Origin: Arcobacteraceae bacterium
GTDB taxonomy: Bacteria; Campylobacterota; Campylobacteria; Campylobacterales; Arcobacteraceae
Length of the DNA: 64,000 nucleotides
Assembly: GCA_965224485.1 (NCBI GenBank)
Contig: CBDCZH010000016.1
Location: 1 to 64,000, forward strand
Reading direction: 5' to 3'
In this document: positions 42,393-52,820 of the stretch, piece by piece
How positions within the stretch are numbered: the first letter of the stretch is position 1
Layout: each line of letters starts with the position of its first letter
Notes under the pieces: generated by a model
What the model was told of the DNA's origin: nothing
The model's input: the letters and a program-made list of their open reading frames with translations, nothing else
Database searches by the model: none
Translations under genes and position numbers: made by a program

Positions 42393-44834
42393 CTATTTTT
42401 CTGTTTTTTTAGGGCTTTTTTTAGCTGTTGTCTTTTTTACAGAAGTTTTTTTAGCAGCTGTTTTTTTTGCTGGAGCTTTTTTAGTGGTTGTTTTTTTCAC
42501 AGCTGTCTTTTTAGCTGGTGTTTTTTTACTAGTTGTTTTCTTTGTGGCTGCTTTTTTTCCACCTTTTTTACTTTTAGGGTCTTTTTCAATTATTTCTTCA
42601 CATTGTTCTAAAGTAATCTCACTAGCTTCTATTGTTTTTGGTATTTTATAGTTCTTTCTACCTTGTTTAATATATGTGCCATACTGTCCGATTAGCACTT
42701 GTATATTCTCTTTTTCAAATACTTTGATAGTAGCTTTAGCCTTAGCTTCTTTAAGCTCTTTAATCAGCTCTAATGCTCGTGGCAATTCGACCTTATAAGG
42801 ATCATCAGTTTTTAAAGAATAATAATTAGTTTTAACTTGTAAATAAGGTCCAAATCTTCCAATATTTGCTTTTATCTCTTCACCTTGCTCATCAAGTCCT
42901 ACAACTCTAGGAAGAGTAAATAAGAACAGAGCTTCATCTAAAGTAATAGTATCCATATTAAGATGTTTTGGAATTGCTACAAATTTTGGTTTTTCTTCAT
43001 CATCTTTTGTTCCAATTTGAACAAAAGGACCAAATCTTCCAACTCTAGCACTCATAGGTTTTCCACTTTTAGGATCAAATCCTATTTCTCTAATTTGTAA
43101 ATAATCACTTCTATCAACTGATTCTTCTTTTTCTATAATAGTTTTTTTAAAATCCCCATAAAAGTTTTGTAAAACATGTTGCCAAGCAACTTTACCCTCA
43201 GCAATATCATCAAACTCTTCTTCAACTTTAGCAGTAAATCCCAAATCTATGATATCAGGAAAATGATCAACTAAAAAACTATTTACTATCTCTCCTGTTG
43301 GAGTAGGACAGAGTTTTTTATCTTCATTTTTAACTACATATTCTCTTGCTTGAATAGTTGAAATAGTTGGAGCATAAGTAGAAGGTCGTCCAATACCTTC
43401 ACTCTCTAGTTTTTTAACCAAAGAAGCTTCTGTATAACGAGCAGGAGGTTTTGTAAAGTTTTGTTCCAAATGAAGTTTTTCCAGTTCTAAGATAGTTCCT
43501 AATTTAACACTTGGTAAAAGTTTTTCACTAGAATCTAAAGCAGTTTCTGGATTATCACTTCCTTCTGTATAAGCTTTCATAAAACCTGCGAATATAATTC
43601 TTTGACCTTTTACTTGAAACTCATACTCTTTATTCTCTCCCGCTTCAATTTTATATGTAGTATTTGCTATTTTAGCACCTTGCATTTGTGTTGCAAGTGT
43701 TCTTTTCCAAATTAATGAATAAAGTTTGTACTGAGTATCATCTAATGAAGCCCTTACATCTGATGGTTTTAAACTTAAATCAACTGGTCGAATAGCTTCA
43801 TGAGCTTCTTGAGCCCCTTTTGCTTTTGATTTATAAGCTCTAGGAGTACTTAAACTATAATCACTTCCATACTCTTTCTCAATCACTTCTTTTGCAGCAC
43901 TTGTTGCTACTTTTGAAAGATTCAATGAGTCAGTTCTCATATACGTAATTAAACCACCAGTATGATTAGCAATAGCTTTTGTAAAGTTTCCTTCATATAA
44001 CTGCTGTGCTACTACCATAGTTTGTTTTACTGAAAAACCAATTTTTCTACTTGCTTCTTGTTGCAGTGTTGATGTTGTAAAAGGAGGAGCAGGATTTCTT
44101 TTACTATCTTTTTCTTCAATATCAACTAATTCAAAACAGCCTTTAGAAATTGAGTATTCTATTTCTTTTGCTTCTTCTTCGTTATTGATTTTTTTAGTTT
44201 TACCATTTATTTTTGCGAGTTCTGCTTTTAGTTCAGGTTTTATAAAATCTGATTTTATTTTCCAAAATTCAACAGGATTAAAAGCTCTTACTTCTTCTTC
44301 TCTGTCAACTATTATTCTAACAGCAACACTTTGAACTCTTCCTGCACTTAATCCATACCTAACTTTTTTCCAAATTAAAGGTGAAAGTTCATATCCTACA
44401 GCTCTATCTAAAATACGTCTTGCTTGTTGGGCATCTACTAAATCTTGATTTACTTCTCTTGGATTCTCTAATGCTTCTAAAATAGCATCTTTTGTAATTT
44501 CATGAAAAACAATTCTTTTTAAAGGGTTATTTTCTATTTTTAAAGCAGGAATTAAATGCCAAGCAATTGCTTCACCTTCCCTATCCTCATCGGCCGCTAA
44601 ATAGATAACAGTATCTTTTGTTATATTCTTACGTAATTCACTAATAACTTTTTTCTTATCAGTTGAAATTAAATATTTTGGTTTAAAACCATCATCTGGA
44701 TCAAAACCAAGTTTTGATTTTGGTAAGTCTCGTACATGTCCCATAGAAGCCATTACAACATAATCACTTCCTAAGAATTTTGAAATTGTTTTAGCTTTTG
44801 CTGGTGATTCCACTATAACTAAGTTTTTTGCCAC
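42393..44834 (-). CDS. topA: DNA topoisomerase I
   Basis: LVIVESPAKAKTI, DEDREGEAI, SAGRVQS, ITYMRTDS, QEAHEAIRP; C-terminal GRFGP repeats and Lys-rich tail; GTG start. Confidence 0.98.
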   Translation of the reverse strand: MAKNLVIVESPAKAKTISKFLGSDYVVMASMGHVRDLPKSKLGFDPDDGFKPKYLISTDKKKVISELRKNITKDTVIYLAADEDREGEAIAWHLIPALKIENNPLKRIVFHEITKDAILEALENPREVNQDLVDAQQARRILDRAVGYELSPLIWKKVRYGLSAGRVQSVAVRIIVDREEEVRAFNPVEFWKIKSDFIKPELKAELAKINGKTKKINNEEEAKEIEYSISKGCFELVDIEEKDSKRNPAPPFTTSTLQQEASRKIGFSVKQTMVVAQQLYEGNFTKAIANHTGGLITYMRTDSLNLSKVATSAAKEVIEKEYGSDYSLSTPRAYKSKAKGAQEAHEAIRPVDLSLKPSDVRASLDDTQYKLYSLIWKRTLATQMQGAKIANTTYKIEAGENKEYEFQVKGQRIIFAGFMKAYTEGSDNPETALDSSEKLLPSVKLGTILELEKLHLEQNFTKPPARYTEASLVKKLESEGIGRPSTYAPTISTIQAREYVVKNEDKKLCPTPTGEIVNSFLVDHFPDIIDLGFTAKVEEEFDDIAEGKVAWQHVLQNFYGDFKKTIIEKEESVDRSDYLQIREIGFDPKSGKPMSARVGRFGPFVQIGTKDDEEKPKFVAIPKHLNMDTITLDEALFLFTLPRVVGLDEQGEEIKANIGRFGPYLQVKTNYYSLKTDDPYKVELPRALELIKELKEAKAKATIKVFEKENIQVLIGQYGTYIKQGRKNYKIPKTIEASEITLEQCEEIIEKDPKSKKGGKKAATKKTTSKKTPAKKTAVKKTTTKKAPAKKTAAKKTSVKKTTAKKSPKKTEK
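42396..42570 (-). repeat. 15-bp-period coding repeat giving a histone-like KKxxx tail in topA
   Basis: KKAAT KKTTS KKTPA KKTAV KKTTT KKAPA KKTAA KKTSV KKTTA. Confidence 0.85.
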
Positions 44835-44864
44835 TAAATACCCTTTAATTTTTTCGAATTTTGA

Positions 44865-44873
44865 ATTTTAACA
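44865..44873 (-). promoter_or_regulatory. putative extended -10 for topA
   Basis: tgttaaaat on - strand about 30 bp upstream of the start. Confidence 0.4.
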
Positions 44874-44917
44874 TAAATTCATTAAAATCACTTAAGTTTA
44901 CAACTTTATAACATATT

Positions 44918-45748
44918 TTAATAAATTATAATCTCTTCTTCAAGTGTAATATTAAATTTTTCTTTTACTCTTTGTTTTGCTAAACTTATTAAATATGTTG
45001 CATCTTCAAAAGTTCCATTATCATTATTTACTAAAAAATTTGCATGTTTTAAAGAAAAGCTCATGCCGCCTTTAGAAAAACCTTTTAACCCTACTTCTTG
45101 AAGTAATCTTCCAGCAGAATCATTTAAAGGGTTTTTAAAACAAGAACCAGCACTAGGAGTTTGGGGTTGATTATCTCTCATTTTTGCAAATAGTTCTGCT
45201 TGAGAAACACTAAACCCAGCTTCAATATTAAAAACTACTTCATATATAATACTGTTTATATCTGTTTTTCTATAAGAGAAATTAATATCTTTTTTTAAAA
45301 TATATCCATCTATAGTTTTTATACTATGAATATAATTAAAAATTTCCCAAGTTTTTAGTCCTGCATTCATTTTTACTAAACCACCTAAATTTCCAGGAAG
45401 TTTTCCTAAAAATTCTAAGTTAGCAATATCATGTTTTTTTGCATATGCTAAAAGTTTTCCAGATTTCGTAGCACAACCTACATATAAAAGGTTTTGTTCT
45501 TCTTTTATATAATCAAAATTCTTTCCTAGAACTGCAAACTTTGGAGCTTTTGAAGAAATCAAAGCATTATTAGCAAGACCTAAAATTTTATACTCTTTAT
45601 ATTCTTTAATTTCATTTAGAACTAAAACTAAAGCTTTTGGTCCAATTTTAATAGAAGAGTAACGTGAAAAATCAATTTCTTTGAAAAAATTTACATTTTC
45701 ACCTTGCTCTTGTATTTTCTTACTTTTTTCTAAGTTCTTCATATTCAC
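44918..45748 (-). CDS. murB: UDP-N-acetylenolpyruvoylglucosamine reductase (start uncertain)
   Basis: IDFSRYSSIKIG, LPGNLGGLVKMNAG, FSYR, PSAGSCFKNP, KHANFLVN. Confidence 0.93.
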   Translation of the reverse strand: MNMKNLEKSKKIQEQGENVNFFKEIDFSRYSSIKIGPKALVLVLNEIKEYKEYKILGLANNALISSKAPKFAVLGKNFDYIKEEQNLLYVGCATKSGKLLAYAKKHDIANLEFLGKLPGNLGGLVKMNAGLKTWEIFNYIHSIKTIDGYILKKDINFSYRKTDINSIIYEVVFNIEAGFSVSQAELFAKMRDNQPQTPSAGSCFKNPLNDSAGRLLQEVGLKGFSKGGMSFSLKHANFLVNNDNGTFEDATYLISLAKQRVKEKFNITLEEEIIIY

Positions 45749-46583
45749 TAGGAATTAAAAAATTCTTTGATTTTATTAGATTTTCATAATATCCATGTTC
45801 AAAACCAAGTTCAAAAAGTTTATCTAATGCTTTATATTGAATTTCACTTAATTCAATTGATTCATCATTTGCATATAAATCTAAGTATTTATCTAAAGTA
45901 GTAGCATCAACTCTTATTAGACCTTCATCAATTAGCATAGGTGCTAATGTGGCTCTATTTGCGTTTGCAACTTTTACAGCTTTAACTAAAGTATTTTCAT
46001 AGTTTATTGCATGATTTATTGGAATTGATCTTCGTAAGCACATTCCACCTAAAGGAAGAGGTAAATCTTTTCCTGCTAATTCTTGCCAAATATCCCAAAG
46101 TTCACGCTCGACTTCTAAGTTATTATCATAAGTTAAAATTGATTCATGAATTAAAACACCAGCATCAACTTCACCTTCCAAAACAGCTTTTTCAATATCT
46201 AAAAAATTCATATATGTAATTCTTGCATCAGGATAAGCTATTTTAAATAAAAGAGCATTAGTAGTAAACTCTCCACTAAGAGCAACTTTAAAATTTCTCT
46301 TTAATTTTACATTTTTCTTTTTAATAAGTTTAGGTCCATAACCATCACCAAAAGAGACAGCTGTTTTTAATAAAGCATAATCATCTTTAATAAAAGGATA
46401 TAAGGCAAAAGAGATTGCACAGATATCATACTGCCCTTTTATTGTTGCTTGATTTAAGGTTTCAATATCAGCAGCTGTATTTACAAAAACTGTATCTTCT
46501 GGACGTACCCAACCAAATTTAATCGCATAATACATAAATATATCATCAGCATCAGGGGAATGAGCTACACTTATTTCTCTCAA
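45720..46583 (-). CDS. mqnD: menaquinone (futalosine pathway) 1,4-dihydroxy-6-naphthoate synthase
   Basis: VAHSPDADDIFMYYA, DIETLN, GDGYGP, GVLIHE, LPLPLGG; TTG start. Confidence 0.85.
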   Translation of the reverse strand: MREISVAHSPDADDIFMYYAIKFGWVRPEDTVFVNTAADIETLNQATIKGQYDICAISFALYPFIKDDYALLKTAVSFGDGYGPKLIKKKNVKLKRNFKVALSGEFTTNALLFKIAYPDARITYMNFLDIEKAVLEGEVDAGVLIHESILTYDNNLEVERELWDIWQELAGKDLPLPLGGMCLRRSIPINHAINYENTLVKAVKVANANRATLAPMLIDEGLIRVDATTLDKYLDLYANDESIELSEIQYKALDKLFELGFEHGYYENLIKSKNFLIPSEYEELRKK

Positions 46584-46612
46584 AGTATTTCCTTCTTATT
46601 ATTATATGCGTG

Positions 46613-46621
46613 ATTGTAACA
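46613..46621 (-). promoter_or_regulatory. putative extended -10 for mqnD-murB
   Basis: tgttacaat on - strand about 30 bp upstream of the TTG. Confidence 0.4.
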
Positions 46622-46654
46622 AGTTATGCTTTTATTTTTGGTTATATCTAGAAT

Positions 46655-47521
46655 TTATTTATTTGATTTTTTCTTTAAAATATTTTTTTCATCATATCTT
46701 GTAAAATTGTTATATGAGATCATAGAGTTAAGTTCTTCTCCATATAAAGAACCTTTTTCTGAGTATTTATCAAGTTTTACTGTTAAAAGATAAGGATCTT
46801 GATACTCTTTTTTAGCATTTAAAATTCTAAAAGCTTTAAAAGCTTTACTTCTTGAAAGTGTTTTATAATAATCCCTAACAGAGTCTTCAATACTTGCATA
46901 TTTTTTAAGCCAAATTGTTTGTTTTCCTCTTTGTTCTCCTGCTGCTATTCTTGGTTCATTTTTATTAAAAGACCAAACTCCAAAAATATTATTAGCTTCT
47001 TTAAAAAATCTTGAACTTGCCCAAGCTGATTCCATTGCTGCTTGAGCTAGAGCTATTGACTTAGGGTGTGGTTTCAAAGCAAGAAGAAGTTCTTTATACG
47101 TTTTAACCTTATAGGTTTTTTTTAAACTAGCAATTCTTTTATCATTTTTATTATTTTTGATTTCTTTATATAAAATATCAAATTCTTTATATACTTTATT
47201 AATTGGTTCTAGTAAAAGATTTAAAAACATTTGTTTCTTTTTAGGAATGCTAAGTGTTTTCTCACTCTTTGTTTTTTCTATTTCATCTTCTAAAATTGTT
47301 TTTGTTTTTTCATCTGAAACTTTTTCTTTTTCTACTATTGGATCTGTATTATCTTTAAGTTTTTTAATTTGGATTCCAATATCTTTTTCAATCTTATTTA
47401 TTTCTAAATTTACTGTATCATTGTAAAGATATGTAATTATTAGTATAATTACTAAAGTCACAAAAAGCATTAGGCCTTTTTTTGGAGAGCTAGTTTTATT
47501 ATCAAAATTATATGTATTCAT
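46655..47521 (-). CDS. membrane-anchored glucosaminidase-domain (Bax-like, GH73) protein
   Basis: N-terminal TM; KKQMF...L, SIALAQAAMESAWASSRF..ANNIFG, YSEKG..Y. Confidence 0.82.
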   Translation of the reverse strand: MNTYNFDNKTSSPKKGLMLFVTLVIILIITYLYNDTVNLEINKIEKDIGIQIKKLKDNTDPIVEKEKVSDEKTKTILEDEIEKTKSEKTLSIPKKKQMFLNLLLEPINKVYKEFDILYKEIKNNKNDKRIASLKKTYKVKTYKELLLALKPHPKSIALAQAAMESAWASSRFFKEANNIFGVWSFNKNEPRIAAGEQRGKQTIWLKKYASIEDSVRDYYKTLSRSKAFKAFRILNAKKEYQDPYLLTVKLDKYSEKGSLYGEELNSMISYNNFTRYDEKNILKKKSNK

Positions 47522-47608
47522 ATATTGATTTTATATAAAATAACTTAAATTAAGATTTGAATAAAAATTAAGTTTTACTATCTAGTTTAAAAGCTTATAA
47601 AAAGAGCT

Positions 47609-49087
47609 CTAAAAACCAGAAATTTGAACATAATAAGATACTTTTTCTAATAAGCTATCAATAAAGAAAATAGATATTATTGTGAAAATTGCACAAATAG
47701 CCATCATTGTTTTTGTTATGCTTGTTGCATTTGCCATATATGTAACTTCATGAACTGGCTCTTTTAGAAACATATAAATTATTGGTTTTAAATAATAAAA
47801 AGCTGCAAGAGCAGAATTCAATGCCATTATTATTGCTAAAATAATAAAACCAGCATTTACAGCTGCCCCCAATAAGTACATTTTCCCCCAAAATAGTGCA
47901 AAAGGAGGAATTCCTGCAAGAGATAATAAAAATAAGGCCATAATAATTGCTGTAAAAGGTGAAGTTTTTATTAAACCAGAATATTTCTCCATTGCATGGT
48001 CAGAACTAAAAGTATTATAATCTTTATTTCTATTTAACCATAACATTCCAAAAGCACCAAGATTTGTTACTAAAAATAAAATCCAATATAAAAACAAAGC
48101 ACTGGTTGCTTGTGTTGTTCCTATTAAAATAGCGCTCATAGCAAAACCTGCATTTGAAACAGAAGAATAAGCTAACATTCTATTTATATCATTTTGTAAA
48201 AGTGCAATAATATTCGGAATTGTCATAGTTAAAATAACAGCCGCATATAAAACAACTTCAACAAAAATATTATTACTTGATATAAACACCTCAAAAAACC
48301 TAAGTGCAACAACAAAACCAGCCATTTTAGGAACTATTGACATAAAACCAGCTAATGCCGCTGTTGAGCCCTCATAAACATCAGGCACCCAAGTATGAAA
48401 AGGAACAAGAGATAGTTTAAAAGCAAGGGCAGATAATATAAATACAACACCTACTAATATAATTCCTTGATTTGCAAAATCACTAGCTATAAATACTTCT
48501 GCCATTTTAGATATTTCTACAGTTCCAGTAAGTGCATAAAAAATAAGTGAACCAAAAGCAAAGAAGGCAGCAGATAAAGCTCCAAGGGTAAAGTATTTAA
48601 TAGCAGCTTCAATTGCTTTTGATCTATTATGCATTGCAATCATTGTATATAACGCCATTGAAGCAGTTTCAAGCCCTACAAAAATAAGAATTAAAGAATC
48701 ACTACTAACCATAAACTGAAAACCAGAAACCATGAATAAAAAAAGGGCAAAATATTCAGGATACTGTCCTTCATGAAATCTTTGTTTGACCATACTTAGC
48801 ATAATAAAGAAAATCGAAGCAAGCACGATAATACTTTGAGCTAATATAGAAATACCATCAAAAAGTATTAAATCAAACATACCTCTTATATTTCCAGAAT
48901 AACCTAAGACTAAAGCTAAATCTACAAGTAAAAATAAAACTGCTAACATAATATATAAAGATTTATCTAGTTTTTTATTTGCTAAGTCTAAACATAATAT
49001 TACTAAAGCGCCAACAATAGCACAAGACATAGGAGCAAGTGTACCTAGGTTTAAACTAGAAAAATCAATTGAAATTGTAGGTATCAT
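47609..49087 (-). CDS. nuoN: NADH-quinone oxidoreductase subunit N
   Basis: EAAIKYF, FKLSLVPFHTWVPDVYEG, RMLAYSS; last gene of operon. Confidence 0.95.
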   Translation of the reverse strand: MIPTISIDFSSLNLGTLAPMSCAIVGALVILCLDLANKKLDKSLYIMLAVLFLLVDLALVLGYSGNIRGMFDLILFDGISILAQSIIVLASIFFIMLSMVKQRFHEGQYPEYFALFLFMVSGFQFMVSSDSLILIFVGLETASMALYTMIAMHNRSKAIEAAIKYFTLGALSAAFFAFGSLIFYALTGTVEISKMAEVFIASDFANQGIILVGVVFILSALAFKLSLVPFHTWVPDVYEGSTAALAGFMSIVPKMAGFVVALRFFEVFISSNNIFVEVVLYAAVILTMTIPNIIALLQNDINRMLAYSSVSNAGFAMSAILIGTTQATSALFLYWILFLVTNLGAFGMLWLNRNKDYNTFSSDHAMEKYSGLIKTSPFTAIIMALFLLSLAGIPPFALFWGKMYLLGAAVNAGFIILAIIMALNSALAAFYYLKPIIYMFLKEPVHEVTYMANATSITKTMMAICAIFTIISIFFIDSLLEKVSYYVQISGF

Positions 49088-50613
49088 TTTTGCGCCTTTT
49101 TTATACTATTTACATCTAAAATAAAATCTATTGTTTCTTGTTTTTGTGCTTTTATTTTCATAAGCTCTATTAGTTGATGAATTGATTTATCAATTGGTTC
49201 TAAAATTGGTTTTGGATAAATCCCTAAAAAAATTACAAAAAATGCAATTGGAAGTAAGGCACATAACTCTTTACCTTTTATATCTTCTAGGTTTTTATTC
49301 TTTTCATTATTCAAAGGACCAAAAAAAGATTTTTTATACATAACTAACATATAAACAGCTCCTAAGATTATTGTAAGTCCTGCAATAAGAGTTAAAAGAG
49401 GTGAAACTTTAAAAAAACCAAGAAGAGATAAAAACTCTCCTACGAAACCAATTGTTAAAGGAAGACCAACAGAAGCCATTAGCATTAAAGCAAAAATTGT
49501 TGCAAATTTTGGCATAACTAAAGCTAAACCACCAAACTCACTTATCTCTTTTGTATGACGTCTGTCATAAATAACACCAACTAACATAAATAAAGCTCCT
49601 GAAACCAATCCATGAGAAATCATAAGGAAAATAGAGCCACCTATTCCCTCACTATTTAAGGCAAATATCCCTAAAATAATTATTCCCATATGAGAAATAG
49701 AAGAATAAGCTATTACTTGTTTCATATCTTTTTGAGCATAAGCAATTAAAGCAGTATAAACAATAGCAATTAGGGCTAAAATGGCCATTGGCATTACAAA
49801 ATAAACACTAGCATCTGGAAAAAGAGGAAGAGAAAATCTTATAAAACCATAAGCACCCATTTTAAGTAATACTGCGGCTAAAATTACAGAACCAATTGTT
49901 GGAGCTTGTCCATGAGCATAAGGAAGCCAAGTATGAAAAGGAAACATAGGTACTTTAATAGCAAAACCAAAAAAGAAAGCAATAAATAACATAACTTGCA
50001 TATCAAAAGGAAGTAATAACATATTCCAATCAGCTAAAGAAAAAGACCAAGTACCTGTTGTTTGAAAATATACATATCCTAGGTATAACATACCTATTAA
50101 CATGATTAATGAGCCTGTAAAAGTATATAAAAAGAATTTAACAGAAGCATAAATTCTTAAATTACCACCCCAAGCTCCAATAATATATAACATAGGAACT
50201 AGTGATAATTCCCAAAAAATATAAAAAACAATTGCATCTAAACTTAGAAAGACACCAATCATTGTCATTTCTAAAAACAGAACTGTTATAAGCATATTTT
50301 TTAAGCTTCTTTTTTCACTAAGCCCTATTATTGAAATCATTGTCATAAAAGTAGTCATTAGAACTAGAAATAAAGAGATACCATCAATTCCTAGAATATA
50401 ATTAACTCCATAAGAAGAGATAATAGGAATAAACTCTCTAAACTGCATATTTGCATTATTAGTATCAAAATTTAGATATAAAACAATACTTAAAATAAAT
50501 TCAATTACAGTAACCATAATTGCATATACCCTAATAGAGTCAGATTTTACTAAAAAACCAATAAATGCCCCAAGTGCTGGAAAAAATATTAAAATCGATA
50601 AAATGTGTTCCAT
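49084..50613 (-). CDS. nuoM: NADH-quinone oxidoreductase subunit M
   Basis: FYIFWE, KFFLYT, IKVPMFPFHTWLP.AH, IAYSSISHMG. Confidence 0.96.
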   Translation of the reverse strand: MEHILSILIFFPALGAFIGFLVKSDSIRVYAIMVTVIEFILSIVLYLNFDTNNANMQFREFIPIISSYGVNYILGIDGISLFLVLMTTFMTMISIIGLSEKRSLKNMLITVLFLEMTMIGVFLSLDAIVFYIFWELSLVPMLYIIGAWGGNLRIYASVKFFLYTFTGSLIMLIGMLYLGYVYFQTTGTWSFSLADWNMLLLPFDMQVMLFIAFFFGFAIKVPMFPFHTWLPYAHGQAPTIGSVILAAVLLKMGAYGFIRFSLPLFPDASVYFVMPMAILALIAIVYTALIAYAQKDMKQVIAYSSISHMGIIILGIFALNSEGIGGSIFLMISHGLVSGALFMLVGVIYDRRHTKEISEFGGLALVMPKFATIFALMLMASVGLPLTIGFVGEFLSLLGFFKVSPLLTLIAGLTIILGAVYMLVMYKKSFFGPLNNEKNKNLEDIKGKELCALLPIAFFVIFLGIYPKPILEPIDKSIHQLIELMKIKAQKQETIDFILDVNSIKKAQK

Positions 50614-50626
50614 ATGTTCTAACCCT

Positions 50627-52519
50627 TTACTTATAAAAACCTAGTGCCACACTAAACACTAGTAAAATAACAACACCAAAAACCATAGTTCTTAAAGCTC
50701 TTGATAAGTTTGAACTTTGAATTTGTCGTGCTTCCTTAGCCCCTAATAAAACAATTTTTGCAAGACCATCAACACTTGCATCAATTATTTTCATATCTAT
50801 TTTCATCCAAGCAAATTTAGCTAAGAGTAAATAAGGTTTACAAATAAATTTTTCATAAAAGTGAGGTATATAATATTGATTTATTAGTAAGTTATAAATA
50901 AATGTATGCTCCCAGCTTTTATTAAAACCATCTTTTTTATACTTATAAATTGCAAAAACAATTCCAAATAAAGCTATTAAAGAAGTTACAATAATTAGTA
51001 TAAATGAGCTTGAATGTTCCATATTATTAGCCTGCCAATGAGGCAATAATTTTGTAACAAATTCTACAAATGTATGCTCAAACCATCCTGTTATTATTGC
51101 CAAAACAGTAAGAGGAATCATAGCTGCTATTACGAAAGGATAAGTCTCATGCGGTTTATATCCATACTGCTCATATCTTTGATGTCCATGAAAAACTAAC
51201 ATTATAAGTCTAAAAGAATAAAAAGCAGTTAATCCTGCACTAAGCCATAAAATAAACCATAAAAATGTTGCATCAGCATTAAAAGCTACTTCTAAAATTT
51301 TATCCTTAGAGAAAAATCCAGCAAGAGGAAAAATACCAGCAAGGGCAAGAGAAGCAATAGTCATAATAATTGATGTTGATTTCATCTTTTTATGTAAAGC
51401 GCCCATTTTTTTAATATTAAGCTCACCATTCATTGCATGCATAACATTTCCAGCCCCTAAAAATAGAACAGATTTGAAAAAGGCATGAGCTGTTAAATGA
51501 AATAGTGCTACCCAATAAGCACCAAGACCAACTGCTACAAACATATAACCTAGTTGGGATAAAGTAGAATAAGCAATAATTTTTTTCATATTATTAGCAA
51601 CTATTGCCATAGAAGCTGCAAAAATTGCCACAAAAGCTCCAAGGCAGGCTATAACATATCCAACTTCAGGAACTCTTGTAAAAATTTCATTTGCTCTAAT
51701 TAATAAATAAACTCCTGCTGTTACCATTGTTGCTGCATGAATTAAAGCAGAAACAGGAGTAGGTCCTTCCATAGCATCCCCTAACCAAGTATGAAAAGGA
51801 AACTGTGCTGATTTCCCCATAGCTCCTATGAATAAAAAAATTGCAATATATACAACAAGCTCTGAGCTAAGCTCTGAGATTTTATCAAATACTACTGTAT
51901 ATTCTAAGCTTCCAATATTCCAATAGATTAGAAAAATCCCAATTAACATAGCTAGGTCTGCAACTCTATTCATAATAAAGGCCTCATTAGCAGCCCAAGA
52001 AGGAGAGATAGAAGAGTTTATATCTGTATCTTCATCTTTTTTATCATACCAAAAACCAATAAGAAGCCAAGAACATAATCCTACTCCTTCCCAACCTACA
52101 AATAAACCAAGAAAGTTATCACTCATAACAAGTATCATCATAGAAAATACAAAAGCACTAAGATAGCAAAAAAATCTATTAAAACTTTTATCATTATCCA
52201 TATAACCAATAGAGTGAATATGAACCATAGTTGAGACAATACTTACAACAAGCATCATTACAACAGAAATTTGGTCAACTACAAAACCAAAAGATATGTC
52301 TACATTTCCAAGTTTAATCCAATCCATCATTTTAACATGTACGATTTGATCGCTTGTAAAAATATAATATACTAAATTTAATGAAGCAATCATACTTATT
52401 GCTAATAAGGCTGATGTAAAAATTCCAGTAAAAAGTGTTTTAGGACTTTGGGCGAACAGTGCGGCTACTAAAGAACCAACTAAGGGAGCAAAAAGTGCTA
52501 TATATAAATAAATTTCCAT
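50627..52519 (-). CDS. nuoL: NADH-quinone oxidoreductase subunit L
   Basis: GWEGVGLCS, GKSAQFP.HTWL.DAMEGPTPVSALIHAATMV. Confidence 0.97.
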   Translation of the reverse strand: MEIYLYIALFAPLVGSLVAALFAQSPKTLFTGIFTSALLAISMIASLNLVYYIFTSDQIVHVKMMDWIKLGNVDISFGFVVDQISVVMMLVVSIVSTMVHIHSIGYMDNDKSFNRFFCYLSAFVFSMMILVMSDNFLGLFVGWEGVGLCSWLLIGFWYDKKDEDTDINSSISPSWAANEAFIMNRVADLAMLIGIFLIYWNIGSLEYTVVFDKISELSSELVVYIAIFLFIGAMGKSAQFPFHTWLGDAMEGPTPVSALIHAATMVTAGVYLLIRANEIFTRVPEVGYVIACLGAFVAIFAASMAIVANNMKKIIAYSTLSQLGYMFVAVGLGAYWVALFHLTAHAFFKSVLFLGAGNVMHAMNGELNIKKMGALHKKMKSTSIIMTIASLALAGIFPLAGFFSKDKILEVAFNADATFLWFILWLSAGLTAFYSFRLIMLVFHGHQRYEQYGYKPHETYPFVIAAMIPLTVLAIITGWFEHTFVEFVTKLLPHWQANNMEHSSSFILIIVTSLIALFGIVFAIYKYKKDGFNKSWEHTFIYNLLINQYYIPHFYEKFICKPYLLLAKFAWMKIDMKIIDASVDGLAKIVLLGAKEARQIQSSNLSRALRTMVFGVVILLVFSVALGFYK

Positions 52520-52520
52520 C

Positions 52521-52820
52521 TTAACCCTTCATCTCTTGTAAGGTATCAAGATTAATTGAGTTTCTTTTTTTATACCAAAGTATTAATAAACCCAAACCAA
52601 CTGCAACTTCACTAGCTGCAATTGCGATTATAAAAAATGCAAACATTTGACCTGTTAAATCTTGGTGAAACTTTGAAACTGCTGCGAAACCTATGTTAAC
52701 TGCGTTTAACATAATTTCAGTAGAGAAAAAAAGCATAAGTAAGTTTTTTCTTCTCATAACTCCAAAAAGACCTATGCAAAATAGAATTGTACAAAGAATT
52801 AAATATGCGTTTAAATTCAT
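52521..52820 (-). CDS. nuoK: NADH-quinone oxidoreductase subunit K
   Basis: EIMLNAVN, AIAASEVAVGL. Confidence 0.95.
   Translation of the reverse strand: MNLNAYLILCTILFCIGLFGVMRRKNLLMLFFSTEIMLNAVNIGFAAVSKFHQDLTGQMFAFFIIAIAASEVAVGLGLLILWYKKRNSINLDTLQEMKG

Noticed and set aside
44857..44870. aattttg|aatttta upstream of topA as another heptamer array
   Set aside because: Only two units, overlapping a likely -10 element; expected by chance at this AT content
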